64,000 nucleotides of DNA, taken from the IMG/VR virus record IMGVR_UViG_3300021964_000015; one strand, 5' to 3'. The notes under the pieces were generated by a model. That model did no database searches, was not told the DNA's origin, and was given only the letters and a program-made list of their open reading frames with translations. This document shows positions 61,938 to 64,000 of this stretch, in pieces. This DNA is from a virus. The position numbers and the translations under genes were made by a program. Positions within the stretch are counted from its first letter, which is position 1. Each line of letters starts with the position of its first letter.

Positions 61938-64000
61938 ATGGCTCAAACACGGTTGATTTCAGAGCTTGTTGAGCTTATCACTCCTAATAATGAAGATGTA
62001 TTTGTAATTGTTGATAACACTACAAATCCGTCGTTAGGCGTGACGAAAAAGATTTCGTATGCCTCGCTAAAAGAAGATTTACAAGACGTTGTTGCTACGC
62101 TCACGTCTGGCGGTACTGGCATCAATGCATCGTATAACGATTTAAATAATACGCTTACCATTTCAGTGGTTGATGATACAACCACTCAACGCACCATTGT
62201 TTCTTCTGGTGGCGGTGAAATTGGCACGCGCAAAGAAATTAATTTTATTGCAGGCACTGCTACCACTGTTAGCGGTGTTGATAATAGTGGAGAGAATCGC
62301 GTTGACGTGACGATTGGCGTTGATGCTTCTCAGATTAGCATTAACGATTTATCGTCCGCCTCTCCTCTTGAAGTGACGAAAGGGGGCACTGGTGGAAGCA
62401 CGGCAAGTGCTGCTCGTGGCAATTTAGGCGCAGCAAAGGCAGGAAGCAATAGCGACATCACTGCATTGACTGGTCTCACCACTGCGCTTTCTATCAACCA
62501 GGGTGGCACAGGCGCAGACACCGCTCAACAGGCATTGAAAGGCATTGGTGGCCTGAAATATATTACTGACGTAGGTGTTGGCGGCGAAAGCCTTGTCGTT
62601 AATGACACGGTGGAAGTAGCCAATGAATTCCGTGGTGAAATTAAAGGAATTAAGGCTGGTAATAGCACGATTAGCGTAACAACTGATGGCACTGATATTG
62701 CCGTCACTGCGAATCCCGACGATATTCTTGGTGGCGCCACTCAGAATGTCAGCCTCAATAATTATCGTCTTACTGACGTTGCATCGCCAGTTGGTGCCAC
62801 TGACGCTGCGAACCGTGCATATGTTGATCAAGTTAGCGCTGGTTTAAGTATTAAAGAAGCGGTGGTTGCAGCCACCACTACAAATATTGCATCCACGTAT
62901 GTGGGAAGCCCTGCCTTTACGCTCACTGTAACTGGCACTGGCGTTCCTTCTCTTGATGGCGTAAACATTACCAGCATTGGCACTAGGGTGCTGGTTAAGG
63001 ATCAAACCACTGCGACGCAAAATGGCATTTATGAGCTGACAACTGCAGCTGGCACTGGCGTTAGCGCAGTCTTCACCCGTGCTGATGACGCTAATAGCAG
63101 CGCAGAGGTGAAGGCTGGCATTTTCATGTTTGTGCAAAATGGCACGACAAATGGCAACCTTCAATTTACGCAAGTCACAAACGCGCCTGTTCTTGACACC
63201 GATCCGCTTGTCTTCTCTGTTTTAAACGACGCAACAATTGCAGATAATTCTGTCACTAATTTAAAGCTGTCTGACATGACAGCTTTGACAATCAAGGGGG
63301 CAGTCTCTAGTGGCAATCCGCAAGATTTGACACCCAATCAAGTGTTGGGCATTCTCAATAGCGGCACCACTAAACTTACTTCCAACGTTTTATTTTCTGG
63401 AACCACTGCAGCGGCTGGTATTGTTCAGCTTTATAACAATGTTGATGGCACGAGCAGTGGCTTGGCGGCCACTGCTAATGCCGTCAAGACTGCTTATGAC
63501 TTAGCTGCTGGTGCCATTCCTATTAGTGGAGGCACTTTTACTGGTCACGTTTCTGGCACCACTGCACCAGTTGGAACCAATACCACTCAACTGGCAACTA
63601 CTGCATTTGTTAATAGTGAAATTGCAAATGATGCCCCCACTAAAACTGGTGGTGGAGCAACAGGCACTTGGGGTATTTCCATTAGCGGAAATGCTGGCAC
63701 CGCCTCTGCATTGGCATCTGGCGTAAGCATTGGCTTAGCGGGTGATTTAAGTGGTAGTGCTGTTTTTAATGGCAACAGCAATATTACCATTACTGGCGTT
63801 GTTGCAGATGATTCTCATAACCATGTTATTAGCAATGTTGACGGGTTGCAAACTGCTTTAGATGCAAAGGCGCCGCTTGTTAATGCTGCATTGTCTGGCA
63901 CCCCAACTGCACCCACTGCAAGCGCTGGCACTGCAACCACTCAAATTGCAACTACTGCCTTTGTAGGAAATGCGGTTAATACATTAGCCAGCGGAACTGT
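61938..64000 (+). CDS. long tail fibre protein, 3' partial
   Basis: Starts MAQTRLISELVEL; GGTG.STA..AR.NLGA, DAANRAYVD, RVLVKDQT..QNGIY, TTQLATTAFV motifs; no stop seen before the window end. Confidence 0.85.
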   Translation, partial: MAQTRLISELVELITPNNEDVFVIVDNTTNPSLGVTKKISYASLKEDLQDVVATLTSGGTGINASYNDLNNTLTISVVDDTTTQRTIVSSGGGEIGTRKEINFIAGTATTVSGVDNSGENRVDVTIGVDASQISINDLSSASPLEVTKGGTGGSTASAARGNLGAAKAGSNSDITALTGLTTALSINQGGTGADTAQQALKGIGGLKYITDVGVGGESLVVNDTVEVANEFRGEIKGIKAGNSTISVTTDGTDIAVTANPDDILGGATQNVSLNNYRLTDVASPVGATDAANRAYVDQVSAGLSIKEAVVAATTTNIASTYVGSPAFTLTVTGTGVPSLDGVNITSIGTRVLVKDQTTATQNGIYELTTAAGTGVSAVFTRADDANSSAEVKAGIFMFVQNGTTNGNLQFTQVTNAPVLDTDPLVFSVLNDATIADNSVTNLKLSDMTALTIKGAVSSGNPQDLTPNQVLGILNSGTTKLTSNVLFSGTTAAAGIVQLYNNVDGTSSGLAATANAVKTAYDLAAGAIPISGGTFTGHVSGTTAPVGTNTTQLATTAFVNSEIANDAPTKTGGGATGTWGISISGNAGTASALASGVSIGLAGDLSGSAVFNGNSNITITGVVADDSHNHVISNVDGLQTALDAKAPLVNAALSGTPTAPTASAGTATTQIATTAFVGNAVNTLASGT

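Noticed and set aside
1-64000. Lysogeny module or phage DNA polymerase
   Set aside because: No integrase or polymerase motifs seen; the genome continues beyond the window, so absence is not proven.

Overview
Most of a lambda-tailed siphovirus genome, almost certainly a cyanophage: it carries a CP12-like gene, a glutamine-II riboswitch with a DUF4278-type peptide, a cyanophage-type class I RNR and an RpaB/HLR1-like site. The window starts and ends inside tail-fibre genes. Order: tail-fibre paralogs and an HNH gene (1-2.8 kb); lysis genes (3.3-5 kb, minus strand); nucleotide metabolism and recombination genes thyX, dcd, SSB, exonuclease, Sak3-like (5.6-11.9 kb, minus); primase-helicase; small early genes with repeated promoter/leader units (14-21 kb); a 650-bp array of operator-like repeats including tandem Fur-box-like palindromes (21.3-21.9 kb); a symmetric 400-bp non-coding element of TTCCAG-hairpin(CCAAA loop)-TTCAGAAC units (24.5-24.95 kb); nrdAB, a pseudo-tRNA, a homing endonuclease, a phosphoesterase and a two-frame C5 methyltransferase; a minus-strand terL / CP12 / ncRNA / tRNA-Leu / riboswitch / peptide region; then portal, MuF-like, two glycosyltransferases plus a methyltransferase, DUF2213 protease/scaffold, decoration and capsid proteins, neck, tail tube, frameshifted chaperone, tape measure, gpM/L/K/I/J and accessory tail proteins. 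No DNA polymerase, integrase, reverse transcriptase or CRISPR array was seen. Best candidates for novelty: the symmetric hairpin element and its fifth copy at 14.5 kb, two unannotated structured RNAs, the multi-operator array, and a shared [RK]xD motif that may mark protease processing of head proteins. All family assignments are by eye from motifs; no database search was run.
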